Shown: positions 35,154-49,209, counted from the first letter of the whole stretch. The stretch: DNA of 63,994 bases, filler included, from Guillardia theta CCMP2712 (GCF_000315625.1; 5 parts of 5 records of this genome joined end to end with filler, not necessarily neighbours in it), one strand, 5' to 3'. Notes: generated by a model from the letters alone, not told the origin. Translations and numbers: made by a program.

Positions 35154-37793
35154 CATAGCGTTGCTTTTCCGGCCGGGTGCTCATAGGAAAAATTGGCAAG
35201 ATTTTTTTTTTTTCGAAGGGCCTGTGGGGTCCCTTCATTTCATGCCATGTGGGAGTACCCTACTTTGAGAAGGCGTGTAGGAGGGTACTCGCTCTTAGGA
35301 AAATCGTTGCTGCGCAGGGCCAAAGAGGGGTAGGGTGATTTGAATTTGGTTGCTTGGACACCTCACCACGCCAAACCAAAGTAAAAGTACGAATTTTAGA
35401 AGTATCTGTGGTACCAACTTAATATTGCAGCGTTTATATGGTACAAAACGAGGGCCAAACTGGTCGGAACTTCGACTTCCAAGAACCCCTCCGTTTGACT
35501 TTCGTTGGGGGGTGGGGTGGGTATGGAGCACCCTCAACTACCCACCTTTGAACCAGTTTGAAACTCTGTAATAGGGGGTGGGGGGTAGCCCCCATTTCTC
35601 ATTCCCCAAGCCCCCTCTCCCTGGACGAGCAAGAGGCGATGAAATGGTGCCTTCCTGACACGCGAGGATGAACCTTGATATTGAGAGACTTCGAATCCAA
35701 CCCAACTGAGATAGGAATGAGATGAAGATCTCATATCATACCTGTAAGAGATGATCGAGCTTCTTTCTCAACTCTGCAGGTTGGGCCAAGGTTTGAATCA
35801 TCCATCGTGTACTGGAATATGCACCCTAGGTACAAACAATCCGCGTGTGTACTTGAAAATATTCTTCGAAGACAAGATGAAATTTTCATGAACAGCTAAG
35901 CAACTAATGATAGATTCACCATTGAACAGAATCAACTCTGATTGACCCTTCTTTCAAATTGCCGTAGGTTGAACGTTGAGCTCAAATGCATGATTTGTGA
36001 GAAATTTGTATCAAACTGTACCTTAAGCGACTTTGCTGTCTAGATATGTGTTCTCGTGTCATCACTCACTTTCAATTCTTCTAGTCTTACGGTCAGGATT
36101 CATGCACCTCACTTTTCTATAGAGAAAGCTTTACATGCTCAACCGTTCAATGATGCATGAAGAGACGTTTGCACAAAGGATTTCTTTACCTGCCAGGATA
36201 GATGACTTTGAATCATCGTTGTTGATCATGAATCACTATACCCATGATCAAGTGCATTGACAATTGCATTTCCATGTTTCATGACGTTGTTTTCTGCACT
36301 GCAACTAAGTTCTTCCTTTGTCATGACATTTCCACAACGCTGCAGAAACCTAGTTAGAAATGACACAATGTGCAGATGAATCTGATATCAATAAATGAGA
36401 TGTTCTTCGAATCAATCCTGCCTTGTTTGGACAGTTCGCAATGCTACCATGCAACAGTAGAGTTCTTGTCGCATTTGGCTCTACAGAGGGGTGCCTTGTT
36501 CAACAGAGCAAGCACTCGATGATTGTAAACGAACCACAAACACTGTGAATCAATAAACAGAATTCCACATTCAGGTGATCATATCTTTATTACAAGCGTT
36601 TCAATCTGGGTAAAAGCACAACCGACCTCCTTGTAATCCTGACGATGTGCCATCTTTTGCCTGGCGAAGTTATTTCTGTGTTAACCAAGAAGCATGTGAC
36701 ATGTAGCCACATCATAAATGCTGTACGGCCTGGAATATCAGCATCTTCAAAGTGCTCGTGTTTGCTGTGACCGTATCATCTGCTTGGCAGTGGCTCATTG
36801 ATGGACACACGATCTGATGCAAGTTCACACCAGTAATATTTAGATGATGCATCATGTGATCAAATGGCATAGACCTTGGTGATTTGCAACATGTTTCATC
36901 GTTCCAACACATCCTTGAAAACCGGATGAAGAATCCTTCACGAACCACTGGACTTGCTTGTTATCATTCGATAGTGCTGTGGATCATCGTGGTTTCAAGC
37001 AATCGAGCAGCTCACTGCTAAAATGCACTGTATTTCTTGCGAGCCTATCAGCCATCATCGTGAAGACATGTGTTCTTGAGCTCACTGGTGACTGTACGGC
37101 TTTTGAACAATCCAGTCACCGTCGGATGATGATTCCATGTCGTCTTGTGTGTAATCTCCATCCATCTACTCCAACTCAGTTTCCCTGTCATGCATCGCAG
37201 ATAGCTTAGAGTATTTCACAACCCGGATTCGATTGCAACGTATCCCTGTGATGGTGATTTTCACTTGTATTATTGATGCTCTTCGCTCACCAAACGATTT
37301 TTCGTGAGATCCACGCACTGTACGAAGCACTCCTCAAGGATCATCATCTCTACACCTCAGAAATTTCCCATGAGGAGGTTCGGTGAACATCTGATGTCTG
37401 CACACGCTGCCGCGGGCTCGCTGTTTGCGAGCCATGGTTAGGGCAGTACAGAGCGGTGCGACGTGCCCCGAACAAGGGGAGGCTCATGGCGTGTAGAGAG
37501 GTCTGTTTATAAAATTGTACCATAAGAAGGCTCTACAAATTAGTTAGTAGACTACCCCATGATCTCAGTGCAACTTCTGGGGTGCAGCACTACTTCTCTG
37601 TTTATACTCAACCATTCCACAATTCAGTTTAAAATATCTTTTTGGAAAACAACATCAGAGTTATAAACCTGAAATTTGGACCCTGTTTGAAATCCTCAAA
37701 CACGCCACCCCCCAATCCACATAGAAAGCAGAACAACCCCCTCACGGGAAAACATACAGCCCAAAGCAGGAAAAGCAAAATGTCAACGCTATG
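35154..37793 (-). mobile_element. ~2.64-kb TIR element, copy 2 (inverted relative to copy 1)
   Basis: Reverse complement of 1030-3699 with scattered substitutions and indels, and the same CATAGCGTTG/CAACGCTATG termini. Confidence 0.88.
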
Positions 37794-40700
37794 TCCTGCC
37801 GGCCGGGCCCGTCAGTAGACCGACTGCAGCCTTCAGCCCCGCCTCAGACCCCCTGTAGGCCCGCCAGGAGGCTAAGTGTCCGGAGATTGGCCGGGGGCCT
37901 GATCTCTCCGGGCGGCCGTGACCGGTCAGCGGACCGTGTCAGCAGGCCCGTGACATGTCAGCCGGCTGACAGGGTCCGTGACCCGGCTGACAGGCTCACC
38001 TGACCGGTCACGTGACACATCACGTGACCGAGACAAGACTTTTTTATATCGCAGATCCAAAAACTCCATAGGACATTTTCTCCCAGGGGAAGAAAACCTC
38101 CCTTGACCGCCATGTTCTCGACGGATCTGCCGGCCGGGCCCGTCAGTAGACCGACTGCAGCCTTCAGCCCCGCCTCAGACCCCCTGGAGGCCCGCCAGGA
38201 GGCTAAGTGTCCGGAGATTGGCCGGGGGCCTGATCTCTCCGGGCGGCCGTGACCGGTCAGCGGACCGTGTCAGCAGGCCCGTGACATGTCAGCCGGCTGA
38301 CAGGGGCCGTGACCCGGCTGACAGGCTCACCTGACCGGTCACGTGACACATCACGTGACCGAGACAAGACTTTTTTATATCGCAGATCCAAAAACCCATA
38401 GGACATTTCTCCCAGGGGGAAGAAAACCTCCCTTGACCCCCCGTTTCTCGACGGATCGTGCCGGCCGGGACCGTCAGTAGACCGACTGCAGCGTTCAGCC
38501 CCGCTCAGACCCCCTGGAGGCCCGCCAGGAGGCTAAGTGTCCGGAGATTGGCCGGGGGCGTGATCTCTCCGAGCGGCCGTGACCGGTCAGCGGACCGTGT
38601 CAGCAGGCCCGTGACATGTCAGCCGGCTGACAGGGTCCGTGACCCGGCTGACAGGCTCACCTGACCGGTCACGTGACACATCACGTGACCGAGACAAGAC
38701 TTTTTTATATCGCAGATCCAAAAACCCATAGGACATTTCTCCCAGGGGAAGAAAACCTCCCTTGACCCCCCTGTTTCTCGACGGATCCTGCCGGCCGGGC
38801 CCGTCAGTAGACCGACTGCAGCCTTCAGCCCCGCCTCAAACCCCCTGGAGGCCCGCCAGGAGGCTAAGTGTCCGGAGATTGGCCGGGGGCCTGATCTCTC
38901 CGGGCGGCCGTGACCGGTCAGCGGACCGTGTCAGCAGGCCCGTGACATGTCACCCGGCTGACAGGGTCCGTGACCCGGCTGACAGGCTCACCTGACCGGT
39001 CACGTGACACATCACGTGACCGAGACAAGACTTTTTTATATCGCAGATCCAAAAACCCATAGGACATTTCTCCCAGGGGAAGAAATCCTCCCTTGACCCC
39101 CCTGTTTCTCGACGGATCCTGCCGGCCGGGCCCGTCAGTAGACCGACTGCAGCCTTCAGCCCCGCCTCAGACCCCCTGGAGGCCCGCCAGGAGGCTAAGT
39201 GTCCGGAGATTGGCCGGGGGCCTGATCTCTCCGGGCGGCCGTGACCGGTCAGCGGACCGTGTCAGCAGGCCCGTGACATGTCAGCCGGCTGACAGGGTCC
39301 GTGACCCGGCTGACAGGCTCACCTGACCGGTCACGTGACACATCACGTGACCGAGACAAGACTTTTTTATATCGCAGATCCAAAAACCCATAGGACATTT
39401 CTCCCAGGGGGAAGAAATCCTCCCTTGACCCCCCTGTTTCTCGACGGATCCTGCCGGCCGGGCCCGTCAGTAGACCGACTGCAGCCTTCAGCCCCGCCTC
39501 AGACCCCCTGGAGGCCCGCCAGGAGGCTAAGTGTCCGGAGATTGGCCGGGGGCCTGATCTCTCCGGGCGGCCGTGACCGGTCAGCGGACCGTGTCAGCAG
39601 GCCCGTGACATGTCAGCCGGCTGACAGGGTCCGTGACCCGGCTGACAGGCTCACCTGACCGGTCACGTGACACATCACGTGACCGAGACAAGACTTTTTT
39701 ATATCGCAGATCCAAAAACCCATAGGACATTTCTCCCAGGGGGAAGAAAACCTCCCTTGACCCCCCTGTTTCTCGACGGATCCTGCCGGCCGGGCCCGTC
39801 AGTAGACCGACTGCAGCCTTCAGCCCCGCCTCAGACCCCCTGGAGGCCCGCCAGGAGGCTAAGTGTCCGGAGATTGGCCGGGGGCCTGATCTCTCCGGGC
39901 GGCCGTGACCGGTCAGCGGACCGTGTCAGCAGGCCCGTGACATGTCAGCCGGCTGACAGGGTCCGTGACCCGGCTGACAGGCTCACCTGACCGGTCACGT
40001 GACACATCACGTGACCGAGACAAGACTTTTTTTATATCGCAGATCCAAAAACCCATAGGACATTTCTCCCAGGGGAAGAAAACCTCCCTTGACCCCCCTG
40101 TTTCTCGACGGATCCTGCCGGCCGGGCCCGTCAGTAGACCGACTGCAGCCTTCAGCCCCGCCTCAGACCCCCTGGAGGCCCGCCAGGAGGCTAAGTGTCC
40201 GGAGATTGGCCGGGGGCCTGATCTCTCCGGGCGGCCGTGACCGGTCAGCGGACCGTGTCAGCAGGCCCGTGACATGTCAGCCGGCTGACAGGGTCCGTGA
40301 CCCGGCTGACAGGCTCACCTGACCGGTCACGTGACACATCACGTGACCGAGACAAGACTTTTTTATATCGCAGATCCCAAAATTTTCTCCCAGGGGGAAG
40401 AAAACCTCCCTTGACCCCCCTGTTTCTCGACGGATCCTGCCGGCCGGGCCCGTCAGTAGACCGACTGCAGCCTTCAGCCCCGCCTCAGACCCCCTGGAGG
40501 CCCGCCAGGAGGCTAAGTGTCCGGAGATTGGCCGGGGGCCTGATCTCTCCGGGCGGCCGTGACCGGTCAGCGGACCGTGTCAGCAGGCCCGTGACATGTC
40601 AGCCGGCTGACAGGGGCCGTGACCCGGCTGACAGGCTCACCTGACCGGTCACGTGACACATCACGTGACCGAGACAAGACTTTTTTATATCGCAGATCCA

Positions 40701-43700
40701 AAAACCCATAGGACATTTCTCCCAGGGGGAAGAAAACCTCCCTTGACCCCCCTGTTTCTCGACGGATCCTGCCGGCCGGGCCCGTCAGTAGACCGACTGC
40801 AGCCTTCAGCCCCGCCTCAGACCCCCTGGAGGCCCGCCAGGAGGCTAAGTGTCCGGAGATTGGCCGGGGGCCTGATCTCTCCGGGCGGCCGTGACCGGTC
40901 AGCGGACCGTGTCAGCAGGCCCGTGACATGTCAGCCGGCTGACAGGGTCCGTGACCCGGCTGACAGGCTCACCTGACCGGTCACGTGACACATCACGTGA
41001 CCGAGACAAGACTTTTTTATATCGCAGATCCAAAAACCCATAGGACATTTCTCCCAGGGGGAAGAAAACCTCCCTTGACCCCCCTGTTTCTCGACGGATC
41101 CTGCCGGCCGGGCCCGTCAGTAGACCGACTGCAGCCTTCAGCCCCGCCTCAGACCCCCTGGAGGCCCGCCAGGAGGCTAAGTGTCCGGAGATTGGCCGGG
41201 GGCCTGATCTCTCCGGGCGGCCGTGACCGGTCAGCGGACCGTGTCAGCAGGCCCGTGACATGTCAGCCGGCTGACAGGGTCCGTGACCCGGCTGACAGGC
41301 TCACCTGACCGGTCACGTGACACATCACGTGACCGAGACAAGACTTTTTATATCGCAGATCCAAAAACCCATAGGACATTTTTCCCAGGGGGAAGAAATC
41401 CTCCCTTGACCCCCCTGTTTCTCGACGGATCCTGCCGGCCGGGCCCGTCAGTAGACCGACTGCAGCCTTCAGCCCCGCCTCAGACCCCCTGGAGGTCCGC
41501 CAGGAGGCTAAGTGTCCGGAGATTGGCCGGGGGCCTGATCTCTCCGGGCGGCCGTGACCGGTCAGCGGACCGTGTCAGCAGGCCCGTGACATGTCAGCCG
41601 GCTGACAGGGTCCGTGACCCGGCTGACAGGCTCACCTGACCGGTCACGTGACACATCACGTGACCGAGACAAGACTTTTTTATATCGCAGATCCAAAAAC
41701 CCATAGGACATTTCTCCCAGGGGAAGAAAACCTCCCTTGACCCCCCTGTTTCTCGACGGATCCTGCCGGCCGGGCCCGTCAGTAGACCGACTGCAGCCTT
41801 CAGCCCCGCCTCAGACCCCCTGGAGGCCCGCCAGGAGGCTAAGTGTCCGGAGATTGGCCGGGGGCCTGATCTCTCCGGGCGGCCGTGACCGGTCAGCGGA
41901 CCGTGTCAGCAGGCCCGTGACATGTCACCCGGCTGACAGGGTCCGTGACCCGGCTGACAGGCTCACCTGACCGGTCACGTGACACATCACGTGACCGAGA
42001 CAAGACTTTTTTATATCGCAGATCCAAAAACCCATAGGACATTTCTCCCAGGGGAAGAAAACCTCCCTTGACCCCCCTGTTTCTCGACGGATCCTGCCGG
42101 CCGGGCCCGTCAGTAGACCGACTGCAGCCTTCAGCCCCGCCTCAGACCCCCTGGAGGCCCGCCAGGAGGCTAAGTGTCCGGAGATTGGCCGGGGGCCTGA
42201 TCTCTCCGGGCGGCCGTGACCGGTCAGCGGACCGTGTCAGCAGGCCCGTGACATGTCAGCCGGCTGACAGGGTCCGTGACCCGGCTGACAGGCTCACCTG
42301 ACCGGTCACGTGACACATCACGTGACCGAGACAAGACTTTTTTATATCGCAGATCCAAAAACCCATAGGACATTTCTCCCAGGGGGAAGAAAACCTCCCT
42401 TGACCCCCCTGTTTCTCGACGGATCCTGCCGGCCGGGCCCGTCAGTAGACCGACTGCAGCCTTCAGCCCCGCCTCAGACCCCCTGGAGGCCCGCCAGGAG
42501 GCTAAGTGTCCGGAGATTGGCCGGGGGCCTGATCTCTCCGGGCGGCCGTGACCGGTCAGCGGACCGTGTCAGCAGGCCCGTGACATGTCAGCCGGCTGAC
42601 AGGGTCCGTGACCCGGCTGACAGGCTCACCTGACCGGTCACGTGACACATCACGTGACCGAGACAAGACTTTTTTATATCGCAGATCCAAAAACCCATAG
42701 GACATTTCTCCCAGGGGAAGAAAACCTCCCTTGACCCCCCTGTTTCTCGACGGATCCTGCCGGCCGGGCCCGTCAGTAGACCGACTGCAGCCTTCAGCCC
42801 CGCCTCAGACCCCCTGGAGGCCCGCCAGGAGGCTAAGTGTCCGGAGATTGGCCGGGGGCCTGATCTCTCCGGGCGGCCGTGACCGGTCAGCGGACCGTGT
42901 CAGCAGGCCCGTGACATGTCAGCCGGCTGACAGGGGCCGTGACCCGGCTGACAGGCTCACCTGACCGGTCACGTGACACATCACGTGACCGAGACAAGAC
43001 TTTTTTATATCGCAGATCCAAAAACCCATAGGACATTTCTCCCAGGGGAAGAAATCCTCCCTTGACCCCCCTGTTTCTCGACGGATCCTGCCGGCCGGGC
43101 CCGTCAGTAGACCGACTGCAGCCTTCAGCCCCGCCTCAGACCCCCTGGAGGCCCGCCAGGAGGCTAAGTGTCCGGAGATTGGCCGGGGGCCTGATCTCTC
43201 CGGGCGGCCGTGACCGGTCAGCGGACCGTGTCAGCAGGCCCGTGACATGTCAGCCGGCTGACAGGGGCCGTGACCCGGCTGACAGGCTCACCTGACCGGT
43301 CACGTGACACATCACGTGACCGAGACAAGACTTTTTTATATCGCAGATCCAAAAACCCATAGGACATTTCTCCCAGGGGGAAGAAATACCTCCCTTGACC
43401 CCCCTGTTTCTCGACGGATCCTGCCGNNNNNNNNNNNNNNNNNNNNNNNNNNNNNNNNNNNNNNNNNNNNNNNNNNNNNNNNNNNNNNNNNNNNNNNNNN
43501 NNNNNNNNNNNNNNNNNNNNNNNNNNNNNNNNNNNNNNNNNNNNNNNNNNNNNNNNNNNNNNNNNNNNNNNNNNNNNNNNNNNNNNNNNNNNNNNNNNNN
43601 NNNNNNNNNNNNNNNNNNNNNNNNNNNNNNNNNNNNNNNNNNNNNNNNNNNNNNNNNNNNNNNNNNNNNNNNNNNNNNNNNNNNNNNNNNNNNNNNNNNN

Positions 43701-45648
43701 NNNNNNNNNNNNNNNNNNNNNNNNNNNNNNNNNNNNNNNNNNNNNNNNNNNNNNNNNNNNNNNNNNNNNNNCAGTAGACCGACTGCAGCCTTCAACCCCG
43801 CCTCAGACCCCCTGGAGGCCCGCCAGGAGGCTAAGTGTCCGGAGATTGGCCGGGGGCCTGATCTCTCCGGGCGGCCGTGACCGGTCAGCGGACCGTGTCA
43901 GCAGGCCCGTGACATGTCAGCCGGCTGACAGGGGCCGTGACCCGGCTGACAGGCTCACCTGACCGGTCACGTGACACATCACGTGACCGAGACAAGACTT
44001 TTTTATATCGCAGATCCAAAAACCCATAGGACATTTCTCCCAGGGGGAAGAAATCCTCCCTTGACCCCCCTGTTTCTCGACGGATCCTGCCGGCCGGGCC
44101 CGTCAGTAGACCGACTGCAGCCTTCAGCCCCGCCTCAGACCCCCTGGAGGCCCGCCAGGAGGCTAAGTGTCCGGAGATTGGCCGGGGGCCTGATCTCTCC
44201 GGGCGGCCGTGACCGGTCAGCGGACCGTGTCAGCAGGCCCGTGACATGTCAGCCGGCTGACAGGGTCCGTGACCCGGCTGACAGGCTCACCTGACCGGTC
44301 ACGTGACACATCACGTGACCGAGACAAGACTTTTTTATATCGCAGATCCAAAAACCCATAGGACATTTCTCCCAGGGGGAAGAAATCCTCCCTTGACCCC
44401 CCTGTTTCTCGACGGATCCTGCCGGCCGGGCCCGTCAGTAGACCGACTGCAGCCTTCAGCCCCGCCTCAGACCCCCTGGAGGCCCGCCAGGAGGCTAAGT
44501 GTCCGGAGATTGGCCGGGGGCCTGATCTCTCCGGGCGGCCGTGACCGGTCAGCGGACCGTGTCAGCAGGCCCGTGACATGTCAGCCGGCTGACAGGGTCC
44601 GTGACCCGGCTGACAGGCTCACCTGACCGGTCACGTGACACATCACGTGACCGAGACAAGACTTTTTTATATCGCAGATCCAAAAACCCATAGGACATTT
44701 CTCCCAGGGGAAGAAAACCTCCCTTGACCCCCCTGTTTCTCGACGGATCCTGCCGGCCGGGCCCGTCAGTAGACCGACTGCAGCCTTCAGCCCCGCCTCA
44801 GACCCCCTGGAGGCCCGCCAGGAGGCTAAGTGTCCGGAGATTGGGCCGGGGGGCCTGATCTCTCCGGGCGGCCGTGACCGGTCAGCGGACCGTGCAGCAG
44901 GCCCGTGACATGTCAGCCGGCTGACAGGGTCCAGTGAGCCCGGCTGACAGGCTCACCTGACCGGTCACGTGACACATCACGTGACCGAGACAAGACTTTT
45001 TTATATCGCAGATCCAAAAACCCATAGGACCATTTCTCCCAGGGGAAGAAATCCTCCCTTTGACCCCCCCTGTTTTCTCGACGGATCTGCCGGCCGGGCC
45101 CGTCAGTAGACCGACTGCAGCCTTCAGCCCCGCCTCAGACCCCCTGGAGGCCCGCCAGGAGGCTAAGTGTCCGGAGATTGGCCGGGGGCCTGATCTCTCC
45201 GGGCGGCCGTGACCGGTCAGCGGACCGTGTCAGCAGGCCCGTGACATGTCAGCCGGCTGACAGGGTCCGTGACCCGGCTGACAGGCTCACCTGACCGGTC
45301 ACGTGACACATCACGTGACCGAGACAAGACTTTTTTATATCGCAGATCCAAAAACCCATAGGACATTTCTCCCAGGGGAAGAAAACCTCCCTTGACCCCC
45401 CTGTTTCTCGACGGATCCTGCCGGCCGGGCCCGTCAGTAGACCGACTGCAGCCTTCAGCCCCGCCTCAGACCCCCTGGAGGCCCGCCAGGAGGCTAAGTG
45501 TCCGGAGATTGGCCGGGGGCCTGATCTCTCCGGGCGGCCGTGACCGGTCAGCGGACCGTGTCAGCAGGCCCGTGACATGTCACCCGGCTGACAGGGTCCG
45601 TGACCCGGCTGACAGGCTCACCTGACCGGTCACGTGACACATCACGTG
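37794..45648 (+). repeat. 332-bp satellite array, ~23 monomers, with an N gap at 43427-43771
   Basis: Head-to-tail 331-332-bp units differing mostly in homopolymer length. Confidence 0.98.
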
Positions 45649-45761
45649 TTCCGGGGAGGGTNNNNNNNNNNNNNNNNNNNNNNNNNNNNNNNNNNNNNNN
45701 NNNNNTTAATTAATTAANNNNNNNNNNNNNNNNNNNNNNNNNNNNNNNNNNNNNNNNNNNN

Positions 45762-47023
45762 AGGCGACGAAGTTGGAGCCATAGTCTGCCGCGCTGGTGA
45801 TAATTCGGTCCCCTTCCTCTAGAGGCAGCGAGTAGAAGGCTAATGCCCNNNNNNNNNNNNNNNNNNNNNNNNNNNNNNNNNNNNNNNNNNNNNNNNNNNN
45901 NNNNNNNNNNNNNNNNNNNNNNNNNNNNNNNNNNNNNNNNNNNNNNNNTAACGAGGCGTAAGGGCTAATGCCCAGCTAACGAGGCGTAAGGGAGAGGGAG
46001 AGGGAGAGGGAGAGGGAGAGGGAGAGGGAGAGGGAGAGGGAGAGGGAGAGGGAGAGGGAGAGGGAGAGGGAGAGGGAGAGGGAGAGGGAGTGGAAGAGGG
46101 AGAGGGAGAGGGAAGAGGAGGAGGAGGAGGAGGAGGAGGAGGAGGAGGAGGAGGAGGAGGGGATCGTACCCTCTCGTAGCAGACTCAACAAACGCCACCT
46201 GCTCATCTCTGACCGTCAGTCATCCGGTCCGACACTCTCATCACTTTCCTCGTCCTTCCCACAGCTCAGAAGCCGCGCGGCAGCCTCGTAAAACCCCTCG
46301 AGCTCATTGCCCCCTGCCTGGCTGTCAGGGCAGGTAGAAGTGGGAGCAAGGCTCGCTTGTTGCAGCAACTTCGTAGCCTCCCGCCAACTCCTCTTGTTGC
46401 ACATACTCCACATCTGAAGCCCAAAGTGAGGGGAGAAGGAAGAAGCCAGGGGGTTGGAGAGGGGACGGAGGTTCAGGACAAGGGGAAGGAGACGGAGGAA
46501 AGAGGAAAGGCAGGAGGAGGAGGAAGAGTAGGGAGGGAAGGACGGAGGGAGGCTGGAGGAGGTGGTCATGGCGGCGGCTGCGGTGGACGTGGCAGCAGCA
46601 GCAGCAGAGAGTGTCTTACATGTGTCAGCTACAACTTTGGGCATCAGAGATGCGCCGGCGTTGTTGAAATGGATGGAAGAGACGCATCCTCTCGTGTCCG
46701 CTCGAACCTGCAAGGCAATGTGAGGAGGGAGGAGAAGAGCGATGGACAAGGAGGCAGGGGCAGGGGCAGGGGCAGGGGCAGGGGCATGCTGATGTCACTC
46801 ACCCGATCAACTTCGATAGTCATGAGTGGACTTGTGTGTATCCCCCACAGCCTTGTGTGCCTCCTCGTCCTCCTCCTCCTCGTCGTCAAACGATGCTGCG
46901 CGCTGGGACAATATCCGCTCGCTGCCCTGGGGTTGAGGGGATCAACATTTGCAGGACGGAGGAACGCAGCAGGAGGAACGTTCGGCTCTTTCCACTGTGC
47001 TCCGCTCCTCCTCTCCGTTGTCA
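45762..47023 (-). CDS. Aminotransferase class V / cysteine desulfurase-like protein, 5' part, multi-exon
   Basis: Exons give VRADTRGCVSSIHFNNAGASLMPKVVADT, ELEGFYEAAARLLSCGKDE, AFVESATRG and FYSLPLEEGDRIITSAADYGSNFVA. The start is approximate and the gene is cut by the contig end. Confidence 0.8.
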
Positions 47024-47890
47024 TGCTGCTTGCTGCTAGTCTGCGTGCGGACATGCAGCCGTTTGAGGCCGCTCCTCGTTTGACCAAGGAAAGGAACAGG
47101 ACCAAGTACAGAAATGTCATCAATGCACCTCCTCGTCTCCTCATCGATCCTGACGTCACCACTAACTCATCAGCCTGGAATGCTTGTAAATGGAATTCTC
47201 TCGTAAATAGACCAGCGCCAACAGTCTTTGTCAACAGATCCACGATTGCAGAATACAACAAGGCACAATTTCACCTTTCAGTAACCATCCATGTCAAAAA
47301 CCAGCTGCCAAGACGCTTCGAAAACAGAAATTTCATATGAAACCAACTATTCTCACAGGCTTTTTCATCATGTTCTCATCTCATCTACCTCGTCCCTCCC
47401 TCACCGCCATTGCGGCTGGCTACACTACCATCCCGCTATGCCCTCCCTTGTACCCCACCCATCTGTCAGATAACTACCCCCTGAATTATATAACCCTACC
47501 CCAATTCACACAATCCTACCCACTGTAGAATTTTGACACCCGTACATCATACCATAAAATGACTCAAAAGAACCGGTACTTGGAGTACCCTCACGTACTC
47601 ATGAGGATCAATCACCCCATTTGAATCAGCTCCTACCCCTACTTCCTGGGCTGTATCCATACCCCTACAGTTGACTTCAATTTCACCCGTAGTAATGTAA
47701 TTTACCACCCCTCGCTTAGCCCCACTACCCTACCTCCAACTTCCCTCCAAGTACCCCTCATCTCAATTCTTATCAAATACCCCACCCATCACATACACCC
47801 CTACCCACCAAATTCCTGGAAAATACCCTACCCCTGAAGAAACGTTTTATGACCCCCACCCCCAAGCGGCTCCTCCAGAATTGTGACGCC

Positions 47891-48250
47891 ATGTCCCGTG
47901 TGATCGTCTCCGCCATGCTCGTCGCCTCTGCCGCGGCCTTCGCCCCGTCCCCCTTCTCCGTCCCCTCCCTCCGATCCTCCTCCTCCTCCTCCATCTCCAT
48001 GAACATGGAGGGCCCCAGGGGAGTCGCCCCCATCATCACTGTCTTCGACCACAGGGGCTGCAAGCGCGGAAAGGCTGATTCCGAGTACCAGGGCGCCCTG
48101 GCCAACGGCCCTGAGGACGAGATGCTCGTTAAGGTCGCCTACAAGAAGGTTCCTCTCAGTGCTGGATTCGCCGACAAGGTCCTCCAGCAGACCCTCGGAA
48201 CCTTCGGCCAGGCCCCCGCTGGAGCCAAGAAGGCTCAGGCCAAGAAGTAA
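47891..48250 (+). CDS. cpeA: Cryptophyte phycoerythrin alpha-subunit family (CpeA/CALM) protein
   Basis: Signal peptide ending ASAAA|FAP, a Ser-rich transit peptide, and APIITVFDHRGC...EYQGALANGPEDEMLVKV. Confidence 0.92.
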   Translation: MSRVIVSAMLVASAAAFAPSPFSVPSLRSSSSSSISMNMEGPRGVAPIITVFDHRGCKRGKADSEYQGALANGPEDEMLVKVAYKKVPLSAGFADKVLQQTLGTFGQAPAGAKKAQAKK

Positions 48251-48883
48251 GCGGCGCGAGGGGAGAGGACGCATGCTGGGCTCTTGCTGGCATCAGGGAC
48301 CGTTTTGACAGGAGAGGGTTGACACCCTTGTTGATGTGAGCTGGGATGAAGCAGCGTAACAGTTTGAAATGAAGTTTGCCCTATCGTTGCTGCTTCCACA
48401 GTTGACCTGAGTGGGATGTGCTTTGAAAATTGACCTGCACGTTAAGGTGACGCCCATGGCAAGTCATGCACTAACAGAAAAGATGCCTCGTCATAGGAAT
48501 GTTTCTATCTAGAGATCCTCACTGAACTTAACCTCTCGCACCTGCTGCTGGACTTGGCAGTGTGAGTGCAGACGTTACGTCCGTGTGGGTTTGTTTGAAA
48601 CAGGGCTCCAAACCAGCCCAAAGTCCCCTGCTCTTCACATCGTATTGAACGTCGACACGCACTCCGCTCATTGCCTTGCTGACCTCAGTAGTGAATACAT
48701 GTGCATTGCCCGAGCCCCGCGCGGGAGGTGTATCATCTCCGAGAGGTTCTTTTCGTGCCGACACGAACCTGTGGCAAGAGACAGCTATCTCGGCAAGCCT
48801 TGGTCGACAAACGAGCGCTTTCTCTTTTAATTTGGATGAGGTTTCCATCAGAGATACTCAAGAAAGACACTTGTGTGTTTTGT

Positions 48884-48981
48884 GATTCTAGTACTGAGAA
48901 TCGAAGCCTGTACTGTCTCGATTCTACCACTGAGAATCGAAGCCTGTACTGTCTCGATTCTACCACTGAGAATCGAAGCCT
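48884..48981 (+). repeat. 36-bp minisatellite, ~2.7 copies, each with an internal hairpin
   Basis: GATTCTACCACTGAGAATCGAAGCCTGTACTGTCTC repeated, with TCGATTCT...AGAATCGA inverted arms. Confidence 0.9.
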
Positions 48982-49209
48982 TTAAAACAAATTTGCAGTC
49001 CGCAACGTAATCCACAATGGTGAAATTCGTGAGTCAACTAGAGGATATAATGCATCATTCATTTGAAGGGGTCAAGATACAGACATATTGCAAATTAATA
49101 CTGTAAGTTCGAAGCTAATTTATTTTTTATTTTGAAGTCAAAAACCCACACATCCACATCGTACGCTTTTTAGAACAAAGAAATATTTTCAACAAATATG
49201 GCGAGCTGT

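Noticed and set aside
37794-45648. Satellite as a CRISPR array
   Set aside because: Units are 332 bp, head-to-tail, with no unique spacers and no cas genes.
45989-46160. (GGGAGA)n/(GGA)n tract as a telomere; poly-amino-acid ORFs from similar tracts
   Set aside because: The tract is internal to an intron of the aminotransferase gene. Similar microsatellites fill many introns here (e.g. 27140, 32220, 60740).
48884-48981. 36-bp hairpin repeat as a mini-CRISPR
   Set aside because: The sequences between the hairpins are identical rather than unique spacers, and the context is eukaryotic.
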